The position numbers and the translations under genes were made by a program. From Candidatus Bathyarchaeota archaeon (GTDB lineage: Archaea; Thermoproteota; Bathyarchaeia; Bathyarchaeales; Bathycorpusculaceae), in assembly GCA_963775895.1 (NCBI GenBank), contig CAVZKL010000019.1:1-64000 (forward strand): a DNA stretch of 64,000 nt, in the 5' to 3' direction. A model generated the notes under the pieces. The model did not search any database. It saw nothing but the letters and a program-made list of their open reading frames with translations, and was not told where the DNA came from. This document shows, piece by piece, positions 11,788-23,072 of this stretch; within the stretch, counting starts at the first letter, position 1, and each line of letters opens with the position of its first letter.

Positions 11788-13743
11788 ATGGCTGGTTTGA
11801 AAATGTCTGAAACAAGCTTACCGTTTAACGATAGAGTGTATCCAGGAAAAACACTCAAAGACGAATGGGAAAAGTCGATAAGAAATCCTCAGGAGTTTTG
11901 GGCGGAAAAGGCAAGGGCGATTGACTGGTTCAAGACGTGGGACAAAGTCTTGGACGATTCTAACAAGCCGTTCTTCAAATGGTTTTCGGGCGGAGTTTTG
12001 AACATCAGTTACAACGCGCTGGATAGACACTTGAATACTTCCAGAAGAAACATGCTTGCCTACATTTGGGAGGGTGAGGATGGCGAGGTCAGAACCTACA
12101 CGTTCTACCAACTTTATCGCGAGGTCAACAAGCTCGCCAAGATCTTCAAAGACCTGGGTCTGAAGAAGGGCGACAGGGTCGCTGTCTATCTGCCGATGAT
12201 TCCGGAGCTTCCTATCACACTACTTGCGTGTTCCAGAATAGGAGCGGTTCACACGGTGGTTTTTTCGGGCTTCAGTGCCGAAGCACTTGCTGACAGGATA
12301 ACCGACTGCGAGGCAAAGGTTTTGGTTACCGCTGACGGAGCCTACAGACGAGGAAAAACAGTCACCCTGAAAGACACCGCAGACCGTGCGTTGCAGTCGA
12401 CTCCAAGCGTGCAAAAGACATTGGTCGTCAGGCGTACGAAGCAGGAAGTGCCGATGAAACAAGGGCGCGATGTTTGGTTCCATGAGGCGATGAACAAAGT
12501 TGAGTCGAACGCTTACGTTCCGCCTGAACCGATGGAATCCACTGATCCCCTGTTCATACTGTACACGTCCGGAACGACTGGAAAGCCGAAGGGGGTGCAA
12601 CACGGTACTGGCGGTTACTTGGTTTGGGCTTATTGGACCCTCAAGTGGGGCTTCAACCCGAACGAAGAGGACATCTGGTGGTGTACGGCAGATATCGGCT
12701 GGATCACTGGACACACGTACAACGTGTACGCTCCGTTGGCTGTAGGGGTAACATCGTTCATTTTTGAGGGGACACCCGATTATCCAGCTCAGGACAGATG
12801 GTGGGAGATGATCGAGCGCCATGGAGTCACGATACTTTACACGACGCCCACAGCGGTCAGGATGTTCATGAAATTCGGAGAGCAATGGGTAAACAAGCAT
12901 GATCTCAGCTCGCTCAGATTGTTGGGAACGGTGGGTGAGCCAATAAACCCTGAAGCTTGGAAATGGTATTACCGCGTGGTAGGGAAAGAGAAGTTGCCAG
13001 TCATAGACACTTGGTGGCAGACTGAAACAGGCGGTTTCATGATTGCGCCGCTGCCAGGACTGGAGCTTGTTCCGCTCAAGCCTGGTTCTGCGACGAATCC
13101 GCTGCCGAGTGTTCAAGCTGAAGTTTACGATGAAAAAGGACAGCAGGCGCCCGTTGGTGTCAAAGGTTTTCTGGTCATCAAGACTCCTTGGCCAGGAATG
13201 CTCGAAACGATATGGAAGGACCCTGAAAGATACAAACAAACATACTTCGGAAGATGGCCCAACATCTACTACACAGGAGACTATGCGGTGAGAGACCCCG
13301 ACGGTTACTTCTGGCTGCTTGGAAGGGCAGATGAAGTCTTGAAAGTTGCGGGGCACAGAATAGGCACCGTGGAGCTTGAAAGTGCGCTTGTTTCGCATCC
13401 AGCGGTTTCAGAGGCTGCAGTGATGGGCAAAGAAGACTCACTTAAAGGTGAGGTTCCTGTTGCTTTCGTAACGCTCAGAAGCGGTTTTCAGCCATCGGAC
13501 GAATTGCGCGCTGATCTGGTAAAACACATTCGAAACACGATTGGTCCGATCGCGACGCCAGACGCAATTGTGATCGTGAGCAGGCTTCCGAAGACGCGGA
13601 GTGGAAAAATCATGAGAAGACTGCTGAAAGCAGTGCTGGCAGGACAGGCGCTCGGCGACGTGTCAACGCTGGAAGATGAAGGTTCAGTTGACGAAATCAA
13701 AGCAACATACGACGAAATGAAAAGACAGTTGGAAAAGAAGTAA
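11788..13743 (+). CDS. acs: AMP-forming acetyl-CoA synthetase
   Basis: YTSGTTGKPKG, DTWWQTETG, PKTRSGKIMRR. Confidence 0.95.
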   Translation: MAGLKMSETSLPFNDRVYPGKTLKDEWEKSIRNPQEFWAEKARAIDWFKTWDKVLDDSNKPFFKWFSGGVLNISYNALDRHLNTSRRNMLAYIWEGEDGEVRTYTFYQLYREVNKLAKIFKDLGLKKGDRVAVYLPMIPELPITLLACSRIGAVHTVVFSGFSAEALADRITDCEAKVLVTADGAYRRGKTVTLKDTADRALQSTPSVQKTLVVRRTKQEVPMKQGRDVWFHEAMNKVESNAYVPPEPMESTDPLFILYTSGTTGKPKGVQHGTGGYLVWAYWTLKWGFNPNEEDIWWCTADIGWITGHTYNVYAPLAVGVTSFIFEGTPDYPAQDRWWEMIERHGVTILYTTPTAVRMFMKFGEQWVNKHDLSSLRLLGTVGEPINPEAWKWYYRVVGKEKLPVIDTWWQTETGGFMIAPLPGLELVPLKPGSATNPLPSVQAEVYDEKGQQAPVGVKGFLVIKTPWPGMLETIWKDPERYKQTYFGRWPNIYYTGDYAVRDPDGYFWLLGRADEVLKVAGHRIGTVELESALVSHPAVSEAAVMGKEDSLKGEVPVAFVTLRSGFQPSDELRADLVKHIRNTIGPIATPDAIVIVSRLPKTRSGKIMRRLLKAVLAGQALGDVSTLEDEGSVDEIKATYDEMKRQLEKK

Positions 13744-13847
13744 TCTCCACTTTCTTTACTCTGTTCTTTGTTTGAAATAGCTATGCTGTAGTGAATCGTA
13801 CGCACCTATATATTCTGGAAAATCAAAATGGTACTGCGGTGTGAGAT

Positions 13848-14618
13848 TTGCCACTTCCACTAGTTGAACGTTCAAAAAAAGAAATCACTGCGAAAATCAA
13901 GAAAAGAGTCGAGTCGGTCGAAGGGGTGAAGGGTATTCGCCAAATCGATGTGCGCGTGAGTGGAAAAAGAATCGACGTAAACCTTCTTCTTTTGGTACGT
14001 GCAAGCCTCAAATGGGAAGATAGTCACAAAATCTCGTTGGCCATTGAAAGAGAAGTGATGTCGGAGTTTCCTAACGCGAGGGTCACGGTCAACACAGAGC
14101 CCTTAGGAAACAGCACCGAAAGCGTTTGGAAGCTCGTGAAAGACGTCGCGGAAGGGGCACCAGGATCTAGAGGAGTTCACAATATCCATATTCAAAGAAT
14201 TGACAAGAAATTGTACATTGACCTACATCTGGAAGTCAGTGCCGAAATGACTGTAAAACAGGCCCATGAGGTTGCTGATCAGGTTGAAACGAAGATAAAA
14301 TCCGCCAATCCCAACATTTCTGATGTCACTGTCCACATCGAGACTGCTTCAGAACGTGTCTCAAGAGAGATGGCGGGAGTCGAAACCGAGTTAGAATCAT
14401 ACGTGGCTCACGTCGCCGAGGACTTTCCTGAAATCAAGGACGTTTGCGCCATCAAGGTTCGGAGGGTTGGAAACTCTATGCACCTGGTGCTTCAATGTCG
14501 CTTCGACGCTAATCTGAGCATCGAGAAAGCCCATGACATTTCTAGTAAGCTCGAAAAGGAAATTAGAAGCGCCTATCCCAACATCACCAGAATAGACATC
14601 CATGAAGAACCCGCGTAG
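13848..14618 (+). CDS. soluble protein of three CDF C-terminal (ZT_dimer-like) domains
   Basis: three repeats of '..AH..A..IE..I.......V.VH.EP'; no TM segment. Confidence 0.75.
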   Translation: MPLPLVERSKKEITAKIKKRVESVEGVKGIRQIDVRVSGKRIDVNLLLLVRASLKWEDSHKISLAIEREVMSEFPNARVTVNTEPLGNSTESVWKLVKDVAEGAPGSRGVHNIHIQRIDKKLYIDLHLEVSAEMTVKQAHEVADQVETKIKSANPNISDVTVHIETASERVSREMAGVETELESYVAHVAEDFPEIKDVCAIKVRRVGNSMHLVLQCRFDANLSIEKAHDISSKLEKEIRSAYPNITRIDIHEEPA

Positions 14619-14723
14619 ACTGATTGTTACCCCGCAAGAGCCTGACAAAACTACGTAACGCCTATATACCGCTCAGCAGAAGTTAGTCTAACCCCTAATT
14701 CATACACTCCACGAGGATCATAC

Positions 14724-17328
14724 TTGAGGCGGATTCAAGAATACGGCGAAGGAGAAAACATCCACCACCCAGAAAGACTGCTGGTCTGTTCAACCTGCAG
14801 ATGCCTATCGGCTATTCGAAACTAGTGAACAGGGCTTATCAGTAGAAGAAGCAGAAAGACGTCTCAAGACATATGGACGCAATGAGTTGCCGAAACATGC
14901 GTTCAGCACCACTCAAGTTGTTCTTAGACAATTCAAGAATCCCATATTTGCCATTCTCATCGCCTGCGCCGTTATAGCCGGCGTGTTCGAAGCGCCTGAA
15001 CAAGCAATATAATACTTTTGATGATCGCGATCAGCGTTGTCCTTGGATTCTACAATGAATACAAGGCAGAAAGAATCGTGGAAAACTTGCGCCAGAACGT
15101 GGCAATCAAAGCCGTCGTCACCAGAGATGGAAAATCATCTCAGATCGACTCAAGACAACTGGTCCCAGGAGATCTGGTTTCGGTCTATGTTGGCGATATT
15201 GCACCTGCTGACATGAGGATCGTGAAATGCACGGACCTGCAGACTGATGAAGCCACTTTCACGGGTGAATCTTTTCCGGTGGAAAAGACTTCCGAACCCG
15301 TCAAACTTGAACGTCCAACCCCCCAGCAACTTGCAAACTACCTTTTCATGGGTACGGTGGTCGTGCACGGAACTGGTAAGGGTATCGTGGTTTCGACTGG
15401 AAAGACCACACAGTTAGGGGCAATTTCTAGGAGTCTAGTGCGCTCCCATCCTGAGACGGAATTCCAGAAGGGTGTTCGGCAATATGGGACCATGCTCATC
15501 ACGTTAACCCTTGCTCTGACGATTGCCATTTTTGGTTTGATGACCGCAGTCGGCAAGCCACTGATCGATTCTCTGTTGTTCTCTCTTGCTGTTGCTGTCG
15601 GATTGGTGCCTGAACTGATGCCAGCCATCGTCACGATAAGTCTCGCTCGTGGCGCCAGCAGAATGGCAAAAGTGAAAGTCGTCGTTAAACGGCTTGTTTC
15701 AATCGAAGATTTTGGCAACATGAGCGTTTTCTGTACTGACAAGACGGGAACACTGACTGAGGGGAAAGTTACTCTTAATGACTGCAGGAGTCTCGGAGAG
15801 AGAGAAGACGAAAGAGTGCTATCTTATTCACTGCTCTGCAACTCAGCAGTTGTGGGCGAAACAATCGTTGGCAACCCCATGGACACGGCGATCTGGGAAT
15901 ACGCCATAAAAGCTGACGAGCAAGAGAGTGTCAAGCCCTACACAAAGATCCACGAGATACCTTTCGACTATCAACGTCGGATCATGTCGGTAATTGTCAA
16001 GAACAACAATGATCATCTTCTAATCAGCAAAGGAGCTCCTGAATCAATCTTCGCCAGGTGCCAATTTGCGGACATAGATGGAAAAATCAAACCCATAGAC
16101 TCAGTTAAGGATGCCATCAACGAGAAGTTCTTCAATTTGTCGGAACTAGGTTATCGCATCTTGGCGGTTGGAAGCCGACAGACAGAACTCAAACCGTCCT
16201 ATTCTGTTGATGACGAGAAGAACCTGACTTTGCTGGGTTTTCTGATATTTACGGATCCGCCTAAGAAAGATGCTCACGAAGCCATTGACAGGCTCAAACA
16301 GATGGGCGTTGAAGTGAAGATTTTAACCGGCGACAACGAGTTAGTTGCCAAAACAGTCTGCGATGAACTGAAAATACCTGTTAAGAAAATAGTTGTCGGT
16401 TCAGATCTCACGCAGATGAGTTGGACAGAAGTCAAGACAGCGGTCGAAGAAACCACGATCTTTGCGCGGATAACACCCGACCAGAAACTAGACGTCATCA
16501 AAGCGCTGAAAGAAAACGGTCATGTAGTTGGCTTCGGAGGCGACGGCGTGAATGATGCTCCTGCTCTCTACGAAGCCGATGTGGGCGTATCTGTTGACAC
16601 GGGCGTCGACGTTGCAAAGGAAGCGGCAGACATTGTTCTTCTGGAGAAGGACCTCTTGGTCATGGCAGACGGCATAAGCGAAGGACGCAGGATTTTCGGA
16701 AATACCATCAAGTACGTTTTGATGGGGACGAGCTCCAACTTTGGAAACATGTTCAGCGTCGCTGCGGCAGCAGTGTTTCTGCCTTTCCTTCCCATGGCGC
16801 CGATTCAAATCCTCTTCATGAACTTGCTCTATGACATATCAAACATGACTCTGCCGACGGACAACGTGGATGAAGAGTATGTCAAATCGCCGAAACACTG
16901 GGACATAGGTTTCGTGAGAAAGTACACTTTGTTCTTCGGTCCATTCAGTTCGCTCTACGACTTTCTTACCTTCGGCATAATGCTTTTCATCTTCGGATGT
17001 TGGGCAGGAACGCCTCACAGCGCGTTGGCAAGCGCTTTTTCAAAGTGGTTGGTTCGTAGAGTCCTTCTGGACAGAGGTTCTGGTCATGTATGTCATTAGA
17101 ACTAGACGTATTCCTTTCTTCACGAGTCGCCCTGGCAAATGGCTCACGGTTCTGACTCTCTCTTGTGTGGCATTCGGAACGATACTTCCCTTCACTTTCT
17201 TAGGCGGCTTCCTAGGGTTCACATCGCTTCCGCCTAACTACTGGGCTCTTCTGATACTGATGGTTGCCACTTACTTGGTGCTGGTCGATGCAGGCAAGGT
17301 GTTCTTCTACAAGATATGTAAATTCTAA
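14724..17328 (+). CDS. mgtA: Mg2+-importing P-type ATPase MgtA-like (frameshifts ~14730, ~15008, ~17040)
   Basis: GLS.EEAERRLKTYGRNEL upstream of the ORF-track start; GLVPELMP, DKTGTLT, PFDYQRR, GDGVND, SSNFGNMFS, NLLYD; start position uncertain. Confidence 0.85.
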
Positions 17329-17342
17329 GGAGTGAGACGTGT

Positions 17343-17657
17343 TTGGCAGGACTTGATCTGTTTCAGTGGTGGGCTGCAACCATTACCGCCGGCAGCCTTT
17401 TTTTGGCTTTGGTCGGCGTATATCTTTACGTGGACAGCAGGGGAAGACGTAGAAACCATCAGAAACAAGGAAGGAACTTGAAACGTTTGGTGACTGACTT
17501 CTTCTTCGTTTGGGTCTTGCTCGGTCTGTTAGTCTTCTATATAGTGTCAATCGACGTGGGCTCTGATTTGATGTTCGCGGTTGGGAACGTCTTGGTCGAG
17601 GCGCTTCTGGTTCTGTATTTGATATTCAACTGGAAAAGAGGCTCCAGGGAAACTTGA
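17343..17657 (+). CDS. small membrane protein (3 TM)
   Basis: GGAGTGA SD, TTG start, three hydrophobic segments; directly after mgtA. Confidence 0.6.
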   Translation: MAGLDLFQWWAATITAGSLFLALVGVYLYVDSRGRRRNHQKQGRNLKRLVTDFFFVWVLLGLLVFYIVSIDVGSDLMFAVGNVLVEALLVLYLIFNWKRGSRET

Positions 17658-17708
17658 CCTCAAGCATCCCATGACAAACTCTTTGCGGGAATATACAGTG
17701 TTTTCGCG

Positions 17709-19016
17709 CTACGGATAGAATCTCCTTGTCGTTCTCGGAAACGGAATAGCATCAATGATGTTCTCAAGATCAAGCATCCACGTTAACACTCTTTCGAGTC
17801 CCATTCCAAAACCGACGTGTGGTACCGTTCCATAGCGGCGAAGGTCAATGTACCAATCATAGTCTTTTTCTTTCAGACCCAGCTCCTTGAGTCTGGTAAC
17901 CAATTTTTCCTTGTCGTCTTCTCTTGCACCGCCTGTGGATATCTCTCCTATTCTGGGAACAAGCATGTCCGTTGACATCGCAATGTCGGGTTTGTCTCTG
18001 TACGTCTTGCAGTAGAAGGCCTTGATTTCCTTCGGATAATCATAAATGAAGAAGGGCTTGCCGAAATCGTCTGCTACCGCCTTTTCTTCCTCGTATCCGA
18101 GGTCGGCGCCCCACTTTGTCTTGAAGTCTTTCCCATTGAGTCTCTCGATTGCCTCTGCGTAGGTAATCTTCGGAAAAGGAGGTTTGACTATCTGCAGCTT
18201 TTTTATGTCAGCTCCCAGCTCCTCAAATTCGTTCTTGCAAGTCTCGAGGGTTCTTTGGCAGATGTGAGTCAGGAGTTCTTCTTCGTGTTTCATCAAGTCT
18301 TTCATTTCAGCAAAGGCTTGTTCTGCTTCAATGTGCCAGTATTCTGTCAAATGTCTTATTGTTCGGCTTTTTTCAGCTCTGAAAGAGGGTGCTATACAGT
18401 AGACCTTCTCCAGAGAATAGATCAGAATCTCCAGGTACAGTTGGGCGCTTTGTGTCAAGTACATGGGCTGATCAAAGTATTTCAGGCTGAACAGGGTTGA
18501 TCCGCCTTCGCATGCGCTCGTTATGAACATCGGCGGCGAAACTTCTACGAAATCATTCATTTTATAGAATTCATGTGTGAATCGGAGAACCTCGCTCCTG
18601 ACTTTCATGACCAGATTCATCCGGCGACTGCGGAGCCACAAGTGGCGAACATCCCTCAGAAACTCTTCACTCTTATCCTTCGTTATGGGGAAAAGCTCGG
18701 CCAGACCGATGATGGAAAGCTTGTCTGTCACGATTTCAAACCCGCCAGGCGCTCTTTGATCTCTTTTCACGGTTCCTTCAAGCGTCAGCGATGATTCAAT
18801 CGTTACCCTTTCAGCTTCCGGCCATGCTGGGCTCTCTTTCTTTATCGGGCATTGAATTGTCCCCGAAGAGTCTCGCACGATGAGGAAAACCGTCTGTTTC
18901 CCTTCTCTTTTGCGATAGACCCAGCCGCGAACTGCCACCTTCCTGTCTTCATAGCGGCCATCGAGAATTTGACGGATGGGAACGTAATCCATGCGAATCA
19001 ACCTTTTCTCTTTCAA
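17709..19016 (-). CDS. asnS: asparagine--tRNA ligase
   Basis: VRGWVYR OB fold, RHLWLRS, LTQSAQLYLE, FRAEKSRT.RHLTE, YGTVPH.GFGMGLER. Confidence 0.88.
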   Translation of the reverse strand: MKEKRLIRMDYVPIRQILDGRYEDRKVAVRGWVYRKREGKQTVFLIVRDSSGTIQCPIKKESPAWPEAERVTIESSLTLEGTVKRDQRAPGGFEIVTDKLSIIGLAELFPITKDKSEEFLRDVRHLWLRSRRMNLVMKVRSEVLRFTHEFYKMNDFVEVSPPMFITSACEGGSTLFSLKYFDQPMYLTQSAQLYLEILIYSLEKVYCIAPSFRAEKSRTIRHLTEYWHIEAEQAFAEMKDLMKHEEELLTHICQRTLETCKNEFEELGADIKKLQIVKPPFPKITYAEAIERLNGKDFKTKWGADLGYEEEKAVADDFGKPFFIYDYPKEIKAFYCKTYRDKPDIAMSTDMLVPRIGEISTGGAREDDKEKLVTRLKELGLKEKDYDWYIDLRRYGTVPHVGFGMGLERVLTWMLDLENIIDAIPFPRTTRRFYP

Positions 19017-19120
19017 TACTCTCCTTTCAAACGTAAATACCTATCTTGCACATTCTCATCTCGAAAAGCCCAGGTGCGAGCATTTACATTGCACTCTTGC
19101 GTCGAGTTGTAAGGTTGTGC

Positions 19121-19132
19121 ATTATGCATAAT
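19121..19132. promoter_or_regulatory. perfect 12-bp palindrome, candidate operator
   Basis: ATTATGCATAAT immediately before TATA-like CTTAAAT upstream of the CDF gene. Confidence 0.4.
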
Positions 19133-19170
19133 TCTTAAATCTCCGGCCCTTAAGCAGTATACCGCCAACA

Positions 19171-20541
19171 GTGTTGAAAACCTTGGAAAGCGATTACAAG
19201 CTGAGGGTCCTCAAAAGCTCGGCCATCGCCATTTCTAGCGTTGTTTTCGTGGAGATAATTTTGGGGTTGGCGGTAAACAGTCTTGCCATAGTGAGTGACG
19301 GTTTGCACGCTACACTCGATGCTTTGACCACGCTCATTCTATTCTTGGTTACTCGCATATCTTTGAAACCGCCTGATGAGGAGCACATGTATGGTCATCA
19401 AAAATTCGAAGCCATAGGCGGACTTACAGGTGGATTGGCTCTGATAGGAATAGCAATCGTCATAGTGTATGAAGCCATTCTGAAAATTTTGGCAAACCAA
19501 GCCGTGAAATTTGACATCGAGTACGTTGGTTTCATAGCGATCGGTTACACCTTCTGCGTAGATTTCTTCAGAGTCGGAACGTTGTTGAGAGCACGCGAGA
19601 GCCAGAGTTCTACGATGAGGGCGGGGTTCTACCACGCCATAGCAGACCTGAGTTCGACGATCATAGCGTTTCTGGGTTTCGGATTGGCAACTCTCGGAGT
19701 TCTCTGGGGGGATTCTGTGGCTTCGATATTTCTAGGCCTGTTGCTTTCTTACCTCAGCCTGAAACTGGTTTGGTCCAGCGCAATGGAACTGAGCGATACA
19801 ATATCAAAAAACGTAGCAGAGAAGATCAGAGAAACGATAAGAGCCACCAAAGAAGTCAGCAGAGTCGAAGACCTGAAGGTCAGAAGGGCAGGCGAAAAGA
19901 CCTTTGTTCGCGCCACAGTGCAGATTCCAGACTATCTGACGCTTGAAGAAGCTCACAAACTGACTGCGAAGATTCAAACAGACATAGAGAAAGCGGTGAG
20001 CAACTCGGATGTTATCATTCAAACCAAACCGTTTGCGACTGGGATGACGACTGAAAAGCTAATCGAGGCTCTTGCGAAGGAAGTTCCAGGAGTTAAAGAA
20101 GCGCACGAAATAGACGTCGCGTACACTGGAGGGAAGCTCTACGTTACGTTGCACATTTATGTGGATCCCAAGTTGTCGATCAAGAAGGCACATGAAATAG
20201 CCGAAGGAATAGAAGACAGAATAAATCAGAAAATCCAGAACGTTGAAGACATCGCGGTTCACATAGAGCCGTCCACTCTGAAGGAAAGAAAGGGTGCTGC
20301 CGTTGACGAAAGAGAGATCCGATGGATAATCCACGCTGCTGCTGCCAGCTATCAACAGGCTTTTCGAATCAAAGGAATAGTCACCTACGTTGCAGGTGGC
20401 AAACGCCACATCAACATCGATTGCGTCTTCACCCGGGAAATCTCGGTTGAAGAGGCGCACAACGTCGCATCTTTGATTGAAGGGCAGATTAGGCAACAGT
20501 TTCTTGAGACGGTAGTAACCGTGCACGTTGAGCCGAGTTAG
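19171..20541 (+). CDS. cation diffusion facilitator transporter with three C-terminal domains
   Basis: SDGLHATLD, PPDEEHMYGH.KFE, HAIAD; repeated VH.EP domains. Confidence 0.9.
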   Translation: MLKTLESDYKLRVLKSSAIAISSVVFVEIILGLAVNSLAIVSDGLHATLDALTTLILFLVTRISLKPPDEEHMYGHQKFEAIGGLTGGLALIGIAIVIVYEAILKILANQAVKFDIEYVGFIAIGYTFCVDFFRVGTLLRARESQSSTMRAGFYHAIADLSSTIIAFLGFGLATLGVLWGDSVASIFLGLLLSYLSLKLVWSSAMELSDTISKNVAEKIRETIRATKEVSRVEDLKVRRAGEKTFVRATVQIPDYLTLEEAHKLTAKIQTDIEKAVSNSDVIIQTKPFATGMTTEKLIEALAKEVPGVKEAHEIDVAYTGGKLYVTLHIYVDPKLSIKKAHEIAEGIEDRINQKIQNVEDIAVHIEPSTLKERKGAAVDEREIRWIIHAAAASYQQAFRIKGIVTYVAGGKRHINIDCVFTREISVEEAHNVASLIEGQIRQQFLETVVTVHVEPS

Positions 20542-20600
20542 TCTGCTGTGTCGTGCGGTTCTTTTTTTGAACGGTACAAAAAATGGGGGAGGTGAGTTGC

Positions 20601-22496
20601 TCAGCCGATTTGAATGTCTTTTATGAGCGTCAGATCGTCCAGGCTGTTGAGTTTCACTTCTGCCTCTGACACCGTGTAAAGCACGTTTCCTATGTACAAC
20701 GAACGTTGAACGTAGTGGCTGTAGTCGTAGATGTTTGTGCTGTTTTCCATGTGGGTGATTGCGCCTCTGTAGGCAAGGCCATTCGAGGTTATGTTAAACA
20801 CGTATGCGCCCTGCCAGACTGGTTGTCCGTACGCGTTCGGGAGGGATCGCGTCAGGGTATTGACTTCTGTCCACTTTTGCCACGAGGACGGGGATCACCA
20901 GCAGGTCCTTTTCCTTGTCAAAAAGAAAGGCCTCATGATCATACAGTACAGGAGAGTTCGTTCCTCTGTCTCCGATTGTGTAGTTGGCTATCTGTATTGG
21001 GTCACTGACGTTGCTGACGTCAAACAGCGATATTTTCACTCCTTGGTACCATGCAAAGAATCCCTCGTCTGACGGGGACGTTTCTTTGCCCACGCCTATT
21101 ATGTGGTTTTCATCGTACGGGTGCAGATAGTTTGAGTATCCAGTTATGTTCAGTTGCCCGAGAACAGCCGGCTTCGTTGGGTCGCTCAGATCTATCACGA
21201 ACAGCGGGTCTATCATCACGAAGGTCACCAGGTAGCATCTTTTCTCCATGAATCTGGCTGAGTAGATGTGTTCGCCTGGAGCCAAGTCTTCAAGCTTTCC
21301 GACTATGCTCATGTTCATGTCGAGCACGTAGACGTTGTTCGTTGGATTGCTCGTCAAGTTGGTGTACGTCCATGTCGTGGTAGCTATCCTGAAATGGTCA
21401 TCATACTCGTCCATGGAGAACTGGTTGAGAACCTGTCCCGGCACTTGCACCTTGCGCTTCAGGAATGATCGTGCTGTTCGCTATGTGCACACGGTAGATC
21501 GTTGTACCGTCGGTTCCTGCGAAAAGTTACGTAGACGTTGTTCAAGGAGACGTACATCGTGCTCGCTCCGCCGAGCATTATGGTTGCGGAGCTTGGTGCT
21601 TGTGCAGCATTTTTGATGTTCAATGCATAGATCGTTGTGAACAGGAAGTAAGTGTCCGAAACATTGGCGTAATACACGTCAGTCGGAGCTGCTTCTTTGG
21701 AGTAGCCGCTCGCCTTTATTGTCGGGAAGTTCACCTTGTCAACGGTAACGTTTGGAAACACTTCAACGCTGTGTTCTGATGGTTGGTTCGTCACGAAGTA
21801 GATGTAGTCTCCGATCATTCTTGAATCGAAGTATCCGCCGTTCGTTTCATAGCTTCTCACCAGCTCAGGCTGGGTTCTGTTCGATATGTCGTATATCTTC
21901 ACGTAGGTTCCGACGTCGCTGAAGTAGTTGAACGAGGAAAGGATCATAGGACTCATGACTGGGTTGTATTTCGTGCCCAAGACAGCAAGTTTGTCACCGT
22001 TCACAAAGATTCCAACAGGCGTCATGTCAGTGAAAGCAATCTTGTACATCACTCCTGCATCCTCGGGTGGATAGGCTCGCAGGATGGACACGTTGTTGCC
22101 TGATAATAGATAGATGTACTGTCCATCGGTCTTCACTATGTCCGCTTCGTCTACTCCTGCAACTTGAACGTTGGTGCCTGAGAACGACCACTGTGTTACT
22201 GCGTTGGCTGTGTATACTGTTGCGCCCAAGGCTGTAGGTGTAGATGCGGGGGGCATTGAGAAGAACTTCTCGTTGAAAGACTGGTAGTAAGTGTTTCCCC
22301 ATTGAGACGTGGATCTGTTCTTGAGGAAGCTTGTAAGTTCATCCAGGGATGAGAAAGTGGACATGGCGGAAGTGTTGTTGGGGTTTGAGATTTGGGGGAT
22401 GTAGCCCAGTTGGTAGCACACTGAAACCAGTATTATGGCCAAAAGCACTGCGGCGACACCGTAGAGTTTTGCGCGTTTTGCGATTTCCTTTTGCAT
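20601..22496 (-). CDS. membrane-anchored secreted beta-propeller protein (Beta_propel-like), frameshifts ~21524, ~21448, ~20835
   Basis: TNVQVAGVDEADIVKTDG, LNQFSMDE, IYSARF, DPLFVIDLS, GYSNYLHP, RSLYIG..LYTVS. Confidence 0.85.
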
Positions 22497-22569
22497 TCGC
22501 GTTTCACCTACGAGAGTAATGGATGCCGACGGATTTTATGCTAAGCCCTAGAACATCTTGTTCCAGAAG

Positions 22570-23037
22570 TTAGTACGGTTTCAAAGACCATACTCGAACG
22601 GCTTCGTACCAGAAAATTGCCGTTACAATGGCTCCGAAAGAGAGAATGAACAGGTTTTCCCTCGTGAAACCTTGCATCAGAACGAGTATGTACGCTGCGT
22701 AAAAAGTGGTGCTGAAAACCGCGTAAAAGAAGTACCTTGGAAACAGCATTCTTCCCAGTTTCACGAAATGTCTCAGAACTCCAATCTTGACTTCACTGAC
22801 CAAGGAATAGTTGCCCCCGACCTCCTGTTTAGCAACCAGGCCCAGCTGTCGCAACTGTTCAAGATGATGTTGCGCTACGCTGGGGCTGCTGAAGTGCAGG
22901 AGCTTCTGAACTTCTCTCACACTCATCGGGCGTCCATTCTTCAACAGAAGCCAATAGACTTTCCAATCCTTGCCCCTGAGCGCGTACTCAAACTCCGTTT
23001 CATCATCAGCGTTCAACAGACCGGTCCACTTCTGCAT
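22570..23037 (-). CDS. wHTH transcription regulator with two C-terminal TM helices
   Basis: MSVREVQK.LHFSSPSVAQHHLEQL HTH followed by two hydrophobic helices. Confidence 0.8.
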   Translation of the reverse strand: MQKWTGLLNADDETEFEYALRGKDWKVYWLLLKNGRPMSVREVQKLLHFSSPSVAQHHLEQLRQLGLVAKQEVGGNYSLVSEVKIGVLRHFVKLGRMLFPRYFFYAVFSTTFYAAYILVLMQGFTRENLFILSFGAIVTAIFWYEAVRVWSLKPY

Positions 23038-23072
23038 TACAGGTTAGTAACCGTCGCTTATAATTCCAAGTT

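Noticed and set aside
12220-13398. Long antisense ORFs (392 aa opposite acs, 289 aa opposite the ATPase, others)
   Set aside because: Shadow frames of well-supported genes with no recognisable motifs
15008-15010. In-frame TAA in mgtA as possible readthrough
   Set aside because: The downstream sequence is in a different frame; a missing base in an ATA repeat explains it
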